A stretch of 64,000 bases of DNA from a bacterium (lineage in GTDB: Bacteria; Zhuqueibacterota; Zhuqueibacteria; Residuimicrobiales; Krinioviventaceae), in contig CAXXFV010000026.1 in assembly GCA_963674595.2 (NCBI GenBank), positions 64,001 to 128,000 of the forward strand. Direction: 5' to 3'. A program made the position numbers and the translations under genes. The notes below the pieces were generated by a model. That model was given only the letters and a program-made list of their open reading frames with translations. It was not told the DNA's origin and did no database searches. Positions 49,385 to 58,768 of the stretch are shown in pieces (positions within the stretch are counted from its first letter, which is position 1; every line of letters starts with the position of its first letter).

Positions 49385-49502
49385 AACATCACCTAAAGGA
49401 CATAAGAAATTTTCATACTTAACCAAATTGTCCTAAAAAAAATCGTTTATGACTGATATTAGAATAATACAAATTCTGTTGTACCGGCGCAAGAGGGTTT
49501 TG
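49385..49502 (-). promoter_or_regulatory. Repeated promoter module, degenerate copy E
   Basis: TTGCGC (49492-49487)-N17-TATTAT (49469-49464). Remnant ACCAAATTGTCCTAAAA and CTGAT blocks. Confidence 0.6.
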
Positions 49503-49667
49503 AATAAAAATTATCCTTTTTCCTGATTTGTTGTGGTGTGAAGCGTTGCCGGAACGTTTGTTTTTTATATAAAAACCGCCCCGGCAGGATTCCCGGTGCG
49601 GTTGGAATAGTTTATTTTACAAGAGATGCAGCACATGGTAGAGGCACGATTCATGGCGCCTCTGCGA

Positions 49668-51623
49668 CTATCTTATTAACATCAGTTTTATTGTCTGTGT
49701 GCAAGTCCCGGCTTGAATGTGGCACATATAAACGCCGCTTGTCATTAAATTGCCGTTCTCATCTTTTCCATTCCATTGTACTTTATGTAGTCCTTCCTGA
49801 TGGATTTTGTCTTCAAGCACCTTTATTTGCTGACCAAGCATATTGTAAATTGAAATTCTGACTTGCACGGATTTAGGCAACGCATAACTAATTGTAGTGG
49901 CCGGATTAAACGGGTTGGGATAGTTTTGTTCAAGCGAAAATTCTCTGATTATATTATCCTCTGTTTCAACGGACACAACCGGTTCACCGACAATAATCGT
50001 GTGTGGGTCCGACCAATCTGTTTCAACGGCGCTCTCGTTTTTTGCCATAACCCTGATATCAAAATACCCTTCTGTTGCATAGGCATGCGAAAACTCGAAT
50101 GTAGAGGCATTTGCATTTAATTCAACATAATCAGATATTGTTCCGTCGCCCCAGTCAATTTTCATTTGCACTTGTTTCTGAGTGTTGTCTGTCGCTGTTG
50201 CCTGGACCGTTACCACCTGGCCGACCTCTGCCGAATCTGACGGTTCACACCAGCAAATTGCCGCTGCATTGGGGTCCGCACCGCAGGTCCCATCCCAGCG
50301 AATATCTTCACAATTCATGGAAGGGAGATTGTCTGCCAGTTCCTGCATTTTGGTTCCACTGATAATTCCCGGATTTTCGTTCAAATATAAAAGCTTTAAT
50401 TTATCCAAATGATACAATCCTGGTAAATCTTCATGGTCAAGCAGATTACCGTCAATCCCCAGATTTTGCAAATTAACCAGGTTTTGTAAATGATTGACGT
50501 CTTTTAAATGAAGGTTGGCAGACCAAAAACTTGTTAATTCTGTCAAATTGGCAACTGGTGATATATCCTGAATAGGATTATTAGTAAGGGCCAGAGTTTT
50601 TAAATTACTCAAATTTTGAACGGCCGTAATATCCCTGACTTTGTTATTATCTATTTGAAGACCAATGAGATGGGTTAAATTTTGTACGGGAGTAATATCT
50701 TTTATTTGATTGTTCCTTATTGTCAGGTATTCCAAATCTGTCATGTTTTGTGTGGCAGAAATATCGGTTATTTGATTTTCAGAAAGAATAAGCTGATATA
50801 TTCCCGTCAGGTTTTGCAAGGGAGAAATATCGCTTATCTGGTTATATGACAATTTTATATTTTCCAGGCCGGGTATATTTTGCAGCGGCGTTATATCGCT
50901 TATCTGGTTTGATGATGCAAAAAGCAGCTTTAGTTGATTTAAATTTTGTAATGGAGATAAATCACTGATGGTAGTACGTTCAATATAAAGTGCTGTTAAA
51001 CTGGATATATTTTGCACGATAGAAAGGTCACTTAGATCTATACCGTTAATCATCAGCGTTAGCAAGTTGGGTAGATTTTGTATGCCCGTAAAATCGGTGA
51101 TTGGATTCCTGTCAAGGTAAAGATATTGCAAATTTACAAGATTTTGCAGTGCGGTCAGGCTGGTGATTTGATTTTGTATCAGGCTGATATTAGACAGGTT
51201 GGTTAAATTTTGCAGCGGTGTTATATCAACAATATTATTTTTATAAAGCTCCAGGCGGGTCAGGCTGGTCAATCCTTGCAAAGGAGTCAGGTCAACTATC
51301 AGATTATTGTTAAGGTAAAGTTTTGTCAGATTTACGGCATATTCCAGGCCCGTTAAATCTGATATGCTGTCATCTTCGGCTGTAAAAGATGTTAATGTTT
51401 CCATGTCCGTATCGTAAATATCGCCGCTCGGTTTTGCCAGCGTTTCCCGGACAGCCTGTTCCAGATGGGAATCATTAAAAACCACAACAATCCCATCATT
51501 CACTGAATTTTTTACGGCATGTTTGTTATAAGGATCTGAAAAACCATTTGCTGTTTGCGCGGATACCATAGTGATCAAAAATAAAGGAATTAAACAGGCG
51601 ATTAATAGTCTTAATGCTTTCAT
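49668..51623 (-). CDS. Internalin-like leucine-rich repeat protein with PKD and C-terminal sorting domain
   Basis: Many 22-aa LRRs (NQISDISPLQNL), DWGDG, QNYPNPFNP. Confidence 0.93.
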   Translation of the reverse strand: MKALRLLIACLIPLFLITMVSAQTANGFSDPYNKHAVKNSVNDGIVVVFNDSHLEQAVRETLAKPSGDIYDTDMETLTSFTAEDDSISDLTGLEYAVNLTKLYLNNNLIVDLTPLQGLTSLTRLELYKNNIVDITPLQNLTNLSNISLIQNQITSLTALQNLVNLQYLYLDRNPITDFTGIQNLPNLLTLMINGIDLSDLSIVQNISSLTALYIERTTISDLSPLQNLNQLKLLFASSNQISDITPLQNIPGLENIKLSYNQISDISPLQNLTGIYQLILSENQITDISATQNMTDLEYLTIRNNQIKDITPVQNLTHLIGLQIDNNKVRDITAVQNLSNLKTLALTNNPIQDISPVANLTELTSFWSANLHLKDVNHLQNLVNLQNLGIDGNLLDHEDLPGLYHLDKLKLLYLNENPGIISGTKMQELADNLPSMNCEDIRWDGTCGADPNAAAICWCEPSDSAEVGQVVTVQATATDNTQKQVQMKIDWGDGTISDYVELNANASTFEFSHAYATEGYFDIRVMAKNESAVETDWSDPHTIIVGEPVVSVETEDNIIREFSLEQNYPNPFNPATTISYALPKSVQVRISIYNMLGQQIKVLEDKIHQEGLHKVQWNGKDENGNLMTSGVYMCHIQAGTCTQTIKLMLIR

Positions 51624-51668
51624 TATTTAATCTCTCCTTATTTTATTACCAGACGATATAAATTTGCA

Positions 51669-52070
51669 TTAATCTCTAAATATTAAACCATCAAATGTAG
51701 AAAATTGAATTTTTTCATTTTGAGGTTCAAACCTGATACAAACGGTAAGAGTATCGTTGAGATAGAATGCGTATTTTTTCTGCAAATTATAATTAAATAT
51801 TTCAATCTGCAGGGTATAGTTTCCTTGTGGATAGACTTTAGGGCCACTGCCCCATGCCGCGCTGATGGTATAATTTGTAGAGACACGTTTTTGAACAAGC
51901 AAGTCATTGTTTATCTCTATTCTTACGGAATCGTTTTTGAATGCCGATTCCAAATCAACAGCCAAAACAGCGTTTTTAATAATTTCAGGCTCTGTTGATT
52001 TTGTGCAGTTGAATATGAGAACCGAAATTATGGCAAAAACCAGAATAAAAACCAGAAATTTTGATTTCAT
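51669..52070 (-). CDS. Hypothetical lipoprotein
   Basis: Lipobox IFNC followed by TKSTEP. Confidence 0.75.
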   Translation of the reverse strand: MKSKFLVFILVFAIISVLIFNCTKSTEPEIIKNAVLAVDLESAFKNDSVRIEINNDLLVQKRVSTNYTISAAWGSGPKVYPQGNYTLQIEIFNYNLQKKYAFYLNDTLTVCIRFEPQNEKIQFSTFDGLIFRD

Positions 52071-52135
52071 AAAATTACCTGTATATAACGTTTTATTATT
52101 TCCAGGGTCCGGAATGAGGGACCGGCCTGTGAATT

Positions 52136-52540
52136 TTAGCCCGGCTTTTCATCATTCAATGGTGTTTTTCTTGGTTTCATGAGTGCGAGTACACCATATA
52201 TCAGGGCAAACAGTCCGAACAGTATGACCATAGACCACCCGCGTGAATTGGCGCCGGCGTATTGGCCGCGAACGGCCATAACACAACACAGCGCGTTCGT
52301 GATGAACAGGGACAGCGATATTTTCCACTGTAAATTGTGGTCGCTTGTATCTCTGAAAAGCCAAATGAGCAGACCCAGTCCCAGAAGCGTGGCTCCCCAG
52401 AACTGATAAACCACCAGTCCCATAGGGGGTAAACTGACATCATAATGTGCTAAAAGCTGGTCCGGCATGACCATACAGGCAATTCCGGACACGGCGGCCA
52501 GTACGGCATTTATGGTTAATAAAACTTTAAACTTTATCAT
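52136..52540 (-). CDS. Hypothetical 4-TM membrane protein
   Basis: Start MIKFKV after AGGAG. Four TMs. Confidence 0.75.
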   Translation of the reverse strand: MIKFKVLLTINAVLAAVSGIACMVMPDQLLAHYDVSLPPMGLVVYQFWGATLLGLGLLIWLFRDTSDHNLQWKISLSLFITNALCCVMAVRGQYAGANSRGWSMVILFGLFALIYGVLALMKPRKTPLNDEKPG

Positions 52541-52661
52541 AACTCTCCTGAAATTCAAAATCTTCGGTTTTTGGAGTAGAGTCTTTAGGGGCTGTTTTAT
52601 GGCACTATTTAATTTTTTCTATTTATCTCTGAATGGTACGCGATATTACCGTACTCTTTGC

Positions 52662-52800
52662 TACCCGTTTTAATATCCTGATTGAAAATCCGCAGGACTG
52701 CCAGAACCTTGTATGCTCGACCAAATAATTTTTAAAAACAGTCCTTTACGGCTGATAATGAATTATACAAATTCTGTGATATTGGCGCAAGGGGTTTTTG
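52662..52800 (-). promoter_or_regulatory. Repeated promoter + hairpin module, copy D
   Basis: TTGCGC (52790-52785)-N17-TATAAT (52767-52762). Stem AGGACTG/CAGTCCT and loop TTGGTCGAGCA. Confidence 0.72.
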
Positions 52801-53144
52801 ATATAAATATTTAAATCCCCGAGGAGTTGTTTTTTGTTTGCAGTTGCTAGTGCAGCATCATTAAAATGGCTGGTCTACTGATTATCATTAAAAGAGTTCG
52901 ATATTAAAAAACCAGACTACACGTTTCAAATATCGCAAGTGCCGTTTGAATTAACAGGCCCTATTATTTGAAATAACAAACCTGCTTTTGGTATTTATTC
53001 TTTTTCGGACTCGACATCTTTTATTTGTTAGAGGCATTTTCTACCCGACTGAAAGCCCAGTTGCAGGATGGACCATTTTGGCCCATCATTTAATTGATAT
53101 AAAAATCTGTGGTGTTTGTCTGTACACATCTTTTCGTGTTATTT

Positions 53145-53177
53145 TTTTGCCGGGTTCGCTTACTGAACCCGGCAAAA
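53145..53177 (-). terminator. Rho-independent (bidirectional-type) terminator
   Basis: TTTTGCCGGGTTC-GCTTACT-GAACCCGGCAAAA immediately after the 53180 stop. Confidence 0.75.
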
Positions 53178-53179
53178 GA

Positions 53180-54499
53180 TTAAATCCCGAACGAAAAATC
53201 AAAAGCATATTTTAAACCGGCATAAGCAACCAGCGCAATACTGGTGTGATCGTAATTTTTATCGTTATATTCATGTTCCGTGGCCAGGTAACTAATTCTT
53301 GCGCCAGCATCAATCGAGATTGAATTTTTTCTGATGCCGAAACCGCCGGACACCCATTTAGAAAAAAGAGGATCGTCATCATCATCAGTCATGTCTTCTT
53401 TGCGCATTCCAGCACCCAAACGCAGCAACAGGCGGGAACCCATTTCCAACCCAACACGATAGGCGTATCCGTTTTCGATGTCAGAATAATCACCGTATTC
53501 ATCTCCGTCAATTTCAATATTTTCCCAGGGCAAATTGTCAATCTGGCCTGAGATGAGTATGTTTTGGTTTGGTTGGTAGGCCAAACCCAAAGACCAGGTG
53601 GAAGGTACCTTGATTTTTGTATCGTCCAACTCGTACTCGTAACGTTTTTCACCATTAAAAGTATTAGTGTATTCTGCATCTTTTACTTTTATTTGGTGAC
53701 CAAACATGTATGAGAGCCCAAGTGATAGCTTTGGGGTTACTTTCATTATTCCACCCAACTGGAGGAATGAACCGCCGGAGATATCAGCTTCAAGCTCGTT
53801 TTCATAATTGTCTTTTTCAAAACCCGAACTTCCTGTCCCCCCTGTATCTCCTGATCCAGAGGATCCGCCATCAGAAGTTGGAGTTTTAAGATAACCCTCT
53901 TCCAATGAACTAAACCCTTGCAAGAGTGGAATGTTGAGTGACGCACCGATTTGAAAACGATTATTTATTTCTGTTGCTGCTCCAAGGGATAAGGTAGAAA
54001 TGATACCTTTTTGGGTTGTTGTTTCCTTTAATGTATTGCCTTCTTTATTTTCATATTCCTCAGTGGTTTTTATTTTGCCATCATGAACCGGTCGTAATCC
54101 GACCGCTGCAACCAGTGGGAGGTTTGAGTTGCTCATTTCAACCGGAAATGCAACGGTAAAATCACGGAATTTTCCAAAGAGGTCGAGGTTGTTGCTGTAC
54201 GAGATATCATCGTATCGATCCTTGTAATAGTCAAATTCATACTCATTTTTGCCCGCCACGTTCATGCTGCCACTAATAATAAACTGAGCCCTTTTCAGGT
54301 TGATCAATCCGGCGGGATTTCCATTCAACGCATCCACACCGGCATTTGTTGCCGTGTAAATACCGCCCATTGAGAATGCACGAGGCGTTCCAACTTGCGG
54401 GAAATCCATATCAATGTAGCTGAGAACAGTTTGTGAAAACAAAAGAGTGGTGCAAAATAAATTCAACAAAATGATGTTTAATATGAACTGTTTACGCAC
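53180..54499 (-). CDS. Outer-membrane FadL/PorV-like beta-barrel
   Basis: GTPRAFSMGG...NPAGL hatch motif and amphipathic strands. Confidence 0.82.
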   Translation of the reverse strand: MRKQFILNIILLNLFCTTLLFSQTVLSYIDMDFPQVGTPRAFSMGGIYTATNAGVDALNGNPAGLINLKRAQFIISGSMNVAGKNEYEFDYYKDRYDDISYSNNLDLFGKFRDFTVAFPVEMSNSNLPLVAAVGLRPVHDGKIKTTEEYENKEGNTLKETTTQKGIISTLSLGAATEINNRFQIGASLNIPLLQGFSSLEEGYLKTPTSDGGSSGSGDTGGTGSSGFEKDNYENELEADISGGSFLQLGGIMKVTPKLSLGLSYMFGHQIKVKDAEYTNTFNGEKRYEYELDDTKIKVPSTWSLGLAYQPNQNILISGQIDNLPWENIEIDGDEYGDYSDIENGYAYRVGLEMGSRLLLRLGAGMRKEDMTDDDDDPLFSKWVSGGFGIRKNSISIDAGARISYLATEHEYNDKNYDHTSIALVAYAGLKYAFDFSFGI

Positions 54500-54619
54500 G
54501 AGTTTTTCCTTTCGGTTAGTTGAGTGTTTTTTTAGTTTATTTTAACAACAAACATTTTTTAACCTGCTTAAATCCATCAGCTTTGAAATGAATAAAATAA
54601 GTTCCGCTTGGATGGTTTT

Positions 54620-54732
54620 GTAGGTTGGGTCCATCTTTTTGGCCCCTACAATTACTCACCAAATTTATGTTCAACGATGCAATTCATAGTAATATTGTTT
54701 ATCGCTGGGGCATAGATAATGCCCCAGCCTAC
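54620..54732. repeat. GTAG-type REP pair (additional family)
   Basis: GTAGGTTGGGTCCATCTTTTTGGCCCC ... GGGGCATAGATAATGCCCCAGCCTAC. Confidence 0.6.
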
Positions 54733-54754
54733 GACTATAATTTTTGTTTGCCAA

Positions 54755-56077
54755 TTATTTTTGGTAAATTAATTTTTTTACCTCTGAAAAGTCATTAGTT
54801 TGAATTTTATATATATAAACACCACTCGCCAAATTCTTAGGTTGCCATGTTGCTTGATGCTCACCAGTTGTCTGTCGGCAATCGACCAATGTCTCAACAA
54901 ATTGGCCGGCTATATTATAAATTGATAGATTAACATACGTTGGTTTTTTGATATTATATTTGATAGTTGTGGATGGATTAAATGGGTTAGGGTAGTTATT
55001 AAAAAGTTGAAATGTCTGGGAATAACAACCATCGTTTTGAATAAATGTCGTTGTGGGAAGCATTGGACCACCAAAAGCACCTATGTCATTCCTTGTACCG
55101 TCTTGGTCATTATATTCGGGTGCCGGATCACCTGCATCAATACACGGGGAACTCTCTTGCAGATGATAATCGCCATGTTCAAAAGGGTATGGTGTTACAT
55201 CGTTAGTAAATAACGGATCTTTAGATATATCATTCTCACCTGTATCAGTGTTTTCGTAATTGTTTACATTACCATAATCGTCACTATTATCAAATACATT
55301 ATTATATGATATGTCAAGGATTGATCCATTTACGCTTTCTATTCCACAACCATAAACACCTGGCCATGCTGCCCCCCATTTAAAATCATTATTTGATATA
55401 ATATTATTTTTTATGGTGCAAGATGAACTGTCTACTAATAATCCCCAACCTGAACCATAGATGGCTCCATTTTCCCCATCATTGTGACTAATAGTATTGT
55501 TGATTATTGAAACGTTTTCCGAAGAAAGTATTTTTACACCACAACCACCACCGCCATCTAAATAAGCACAATTATGGATAATTAAATTATTTTTAAGTAT
55601 CACATTATTTGATTCCGAAATGGATACTCCAAAGCCGGTAGGATGTTCATAATCACTACCAAAATTATCACGAATGAAACAGTTCTCAATTGTTACATTC
55701 TCAGAATTATATGTATTTATGCCTACATTATAACGTTCAATTATAAAACCATGAATAACAACTGAATTTGCACTCATTATATGAATACCAACTCCACCTA
55801 CTGTTTGACTATTTATCCATTCCTGGGAAATTAAAACGGTATAGTCAGAACTTATCGATACGATACTTATTGATTTGTCAATTTCCAGATTTTCTGAATA
55901 TTCGCCCCCGGCAACTTCGATAATATCCCCTTGTTCTGACGCATCAATGGCAAGTTGAATTCTTGAATAATCTTGTGGTACTTTAATAACATTTCCTGTT
56001 ACAGTAGCAGTCTTGAACATTATTATTAATGCTAAAACTAAAGTTAATTTGTAGTGTGATAAAAAATTTCTTTCCAA
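54755..56077 (-). CDS. Right-handed parallel beta-helix protein with C-terminal sorting domain
   Basis: VPQDYSRIQLAID, PbH1 repeats, SPCIDAGDP...NDIGAFGG, NYPNPFNP. Confidence 0.9.
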   Translation of the reverse strand: MERNFLSHYKLTLVLALIIMFKTATVTGNVIKVPQDYSRIQLAIDASEQGDIIEVAGGEYSENLEIDKSISIVSISSDYTVLISQEWINSQTVGGVGIHIMSANSVVIHGFIIERYNVGINTYNSENVTIENCFIRDNFGSDYEHPTGFGVSISESNNVILKNNLIIHNCAYLDGGGGCGVKILSSENVSIINNTISHNDGENGAIYGSGWGLLVDSSSCTIKNNIISNNDFKWGAAWPGVYGCGIESVNGSILDISYNNVFDNSDDYGNVNNYENTDTGENDISKDPLFTNDVTPYPFEHGDYHLQESSPCIDAGDPAPEYNDQDGTRNDIGAFGGPMLPTTTFIQNDGCYSQTFQLFNNYPNPFNPSTTIKYNIKKPTYVNLSIYNIAGQFVETLVDCRQTTGEHQATWQPKNLASGVYIYKIQTNDFSEVKKLIYQK

Positions 56078-56164
56078 CTTTCGCCTCCTTTACATTGCAC
56101 TAATTTTAATTAATAAAAATATTGATATATTATACATTTTTTTTCCTAGATTGATACTAATAGC

Positions 56165-56229
56165 GGCTAACGGCTCGTTTCACCGGCCTTGCAAACATGC
56201 CCATCGTCCATTGGATGCCAGAGTTACAT
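56165..56229 (-). other. Degenerate attC-like site
   Basis: Minus strand ATGTAAC ... CCGGTGAAACGAGCC GTTAGCC, 65 bp, upstream of 54755..56077. Confidence 0.45.
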
Positions 56230-56437
56230 TTCGGCTAAAACTTGATATTTTACCGTTCTTTAGCTCAGCGGTCGCTTGAAACTCAAGCCTTAAGAGAAAC
56301 CGAAACACAAATCAAGACATATCGTTCCGGTGAAAGCAGGAATCCAGAAATTTTAGGGAACGCCTTTGCGACCTCTGCAGCTCTAAAACTAATTTTTTGC
56401 TCGCAATTGAAACACTCAAGGCGGTTAAAAAGTCAAT

Positions 56438-58570
56438 TTACTTGAGCAAGATCATTTTTTTGATCACATTCATACCACCTCCTTCCAGACGATAGAAATA
56501 AGTTCCTGAAGGTAAATTCGAAGCGTCAAACAAAACTTGATGTGTACCAGCTTGACAGTCATCGTCTAACAATACGGCAACCTTTTGTCCACTAATATTG
56601 TAAACCTTGAGGTTGTAATGATCGTCTTTTGCCGCCCGGAATGTGATTGTCGTTTCCGGATTGAAGGGATTAGGATAATTTTGTTGTAATTTAAATTCGT
56701 TTAAAACGTTTGATGTTGTATTATTAACCGCTGATTGGCCTTCAACAATTATATAGTTTTGTTTTATCATTATATCAGAGCCACCTATTCCATTTACAGT
56801 TAAAGTTACAGAATAAGTACCCGGAGTTGAATAAATATGAACCGGATTTTTCTCAGTACTTGTTGAATCATCTCCAAAATTCCACAATCTTTCAGAAACA
56901 GAAGCTTTGGAACTATCGAAAAATTGCACGACCAGAGGAACGGTCCCTGTGGTTGAATCTGCCAAAAAATTAGCTGAGGGAGGAAGCGGTTCCGGAATGA
57001 CTGTGGCGGCACAACTGGTGTTCCGGGAATCATGGCCATCGCAGGGCCACGGGGTATTTGCAAGACCGCCTGATTCGGTCTGATAAGTGTATATTACTTT
57101 ATCATCATAACAATAAAGATATATACGCCCATCGTTTGACATCTTGATGGCATTCATTCTACCGGGCACGGGAATTGATTTTTGTAGTACGCCATTTGGT
57201 TGAATAGCATACAATACATTTTCATTGGTTGTGATGTAAATTGTACTATCTGCACCGACTAATGGGGCCAATCGAATCCAATCTTTTTCATTATTAACTA
57301 ATTCTAAATCGTATGACCATATTTCATTTCCATCAGTCTGATTTACAGCAGATAATTCTGATTTAGAATAATTTGACATGTTTTGTCCTGAAGCGATATA
57401 AATGCTACCACCTGGTCCAATAATTTGATGATGTGGATCCAAAAAATTATTGTTCGTTTCGAAATCAATATTTCCATTTGAATTAAGTGAATACAGAGAA
57501 CACCATTGCAAATAAGTACTTCCACTATGGTTGCCCAGATGAAACACATTATCATTTTCACCAATGATAATGGGACCGAGAACGGATTTATATTCAACTT
57601 CCTTGATCCATTTTAATGTACCGTCTGGTTTATAAACATTGATTTTACCATGCATGTTGTAATGACTAAAGAAATAAATATTGCCATTGCCGTCAATGCT
57701 TATTTTGGTGTCGACGTCTATAAATTCAACAGGCGTTTTCCAATTGAGTGTTCCATCCTGTTGAAAAGAGTAAAGAGAATCAGATCCGAGATAGGAGTGA
57801 TCTATACCGACGATTACAGAGCCGTCCAGACCTATGGAAGGCGGTTGATAATTAAACTCATAATATTCATCGAATTTGTATTGCCAGTTTAATTCACCCT
57901 GGGGAGAAATTGAAAAAAGAACAGCTTTGTCAGTTTTTCTAACAAAATAAACAAAACCGTCTGAATCAACTGCCATACGAGATATGTTAGAGTTTAGATC
58001 AGACAAGTCATAAATCCATTTGACAGTACCCGTCCTATCTAGGGCAAATAATTTGTAATTTTTATAATAAGTGCTTGGAATTCCGATTGTTAAACAATAG
58101 ATAACATTTCGTTCATCATCAATAGCGATATCACGAATAGAAATTTTATTGTCATTATATTCATCGTAATCATTTAAATTAAAAAATGATATTGTTTCAT
58201 ACGATCCCACTATAATTTTATATGTAGTAGTTGTTGTATACGTTTTTCTCAGTGTAACCCCTTTTGCCGTTCTGGTAACCTTGATGGCGGTTCCCAAAGG
58301 TGTATCTTGAGAAATAATAATTTCTATACCCAGTTTAACAGCCCCGTCAATCAGGCCGCTTGCGTCACTAAAAGCTGTAACTTTTGCATATTCAGGATGA
58401 CTGTTTTCAATGGTAAATTCTATACCCCCGATGAATGGACAATTGCCGCCACATGAAAGTGAGCCGTCAATTTGATAAATCGCATCGCCTGGTTGTACAG
58501 AAAAATTGAGTGAATATAAATGTGACGAAATAGCAAAGAAGAAAATAATAAATAGCGTGAGTTTTTTCAT
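56438..58570 (-). CDS. PQQ-like beta-propeller + PKD protein with C-terminal sorting domain
   Basis: Repeated DGTLKW motifs, WNFGD PKD, QNYPNPFNP. Confidence 0.9.
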   Translation of the reverse strand: MKKLTLFIIFFFAISSHLYSLNFSVQPGDAIYQIDGSLSCGGNCPFIGGIEFTIENSHPEYAKVTAFSDASGLIDGAVKLGIEIIISQDTPLGTAIKVTRTAKGVTLRKTYTTTTTYKIIVGSYETISFFNLNDYDEYNDNKISIRDIAIDDERNVIYCLTIGIPSTYYKNYKLFALDRTGTVKWIYDLSDLNSNISRMAVDSDGFVYFVRKTDKAVLFSISPQGELNWQYKFDEYYEFNYQPPSIGLDGSVIVGIDHSYLGSDSLYSFQQDGTLNWKTPVEFIDVDTKISIDGNGNIYFFSHYNMHGKINVYKPDGTLKWIKEVEYKSVLGPIIIGENDNVFHLGNHSGSTYLQWCSLYSLNSNGNIDFETNNNFLDPHHQIIGPGGSIYIASGQNMSNYSKSELSAVNQTDGNEIWSYDLELVNNEKDWIRLAPLVGADSTIYITTNENVLYAIQPNGVLQKSIPVPGRMNAIKMSNDGRIYLYCYDDKVIYTYQTESGGLANTPWPCDGHDSRNTSCAATVIPEPLPPSANFLADSTTGTVPLVVQFFDSSKASVSERLWNFGDDSTSTEKNPVHIYSTPGTYSVTLTVNGIGGSDIMIKQNYIIVEGQSAVNNTTSNVLNEFKLQQNYPNPFNPETTITFRAAKDDHYNLKVYNISGQKVAVLLDDDCQAGTHQVLFDASNLPSGTYFYRLEGGGMNVIKKMILLK

Positions 58571-58655
58571 TACCTGGCCTTTCTGTTTAACATAAATCGA
58601 AATATTAACTCTTGATACATGCTGCAAAATGAATATTAATGGCTAAACTCTATCG

Positions 58656-58752
58656 TAAGGGTGGGGAGACAAGTGCCCGCATTCTGATAATTATGTTTTG
58701 GAATTCCACCTCTAATGCGGTTTATGGCGGATCGATAAATCGATCCACTATA
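58656..58752. repeat. Degenerate GTAG-type REP pair
   Basis: GTAAGGGTGGGGAGACAAGTGCCCGC ... GGATCGATAAATCGATCCACTAT. Confidence 0.55.
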
Positions 58753-58768
58753 AACTTTTATCAACCAA

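Noticed and set aside
53820-53885. Gly/Ser-rich insert in the FadL-like barrel as a repeat or mobile insertion
   Set aside because: It is an in-frame low-complexity loop with no repeat boundaries.
56258-56300. TTAGCTCAGCGGT resembling a tRNA D-arm
   Set aside because: No anticodon arm, T-loop (GTTCRA) or acceptor stem follows.
58585-58612. dif/pdif-like XerD arm TTATGTTAAAC (also TTATGTTACAT at 27002-27012)
   Set aside because: No XerC arm (..ATAA) at the required 6-bp spacing.
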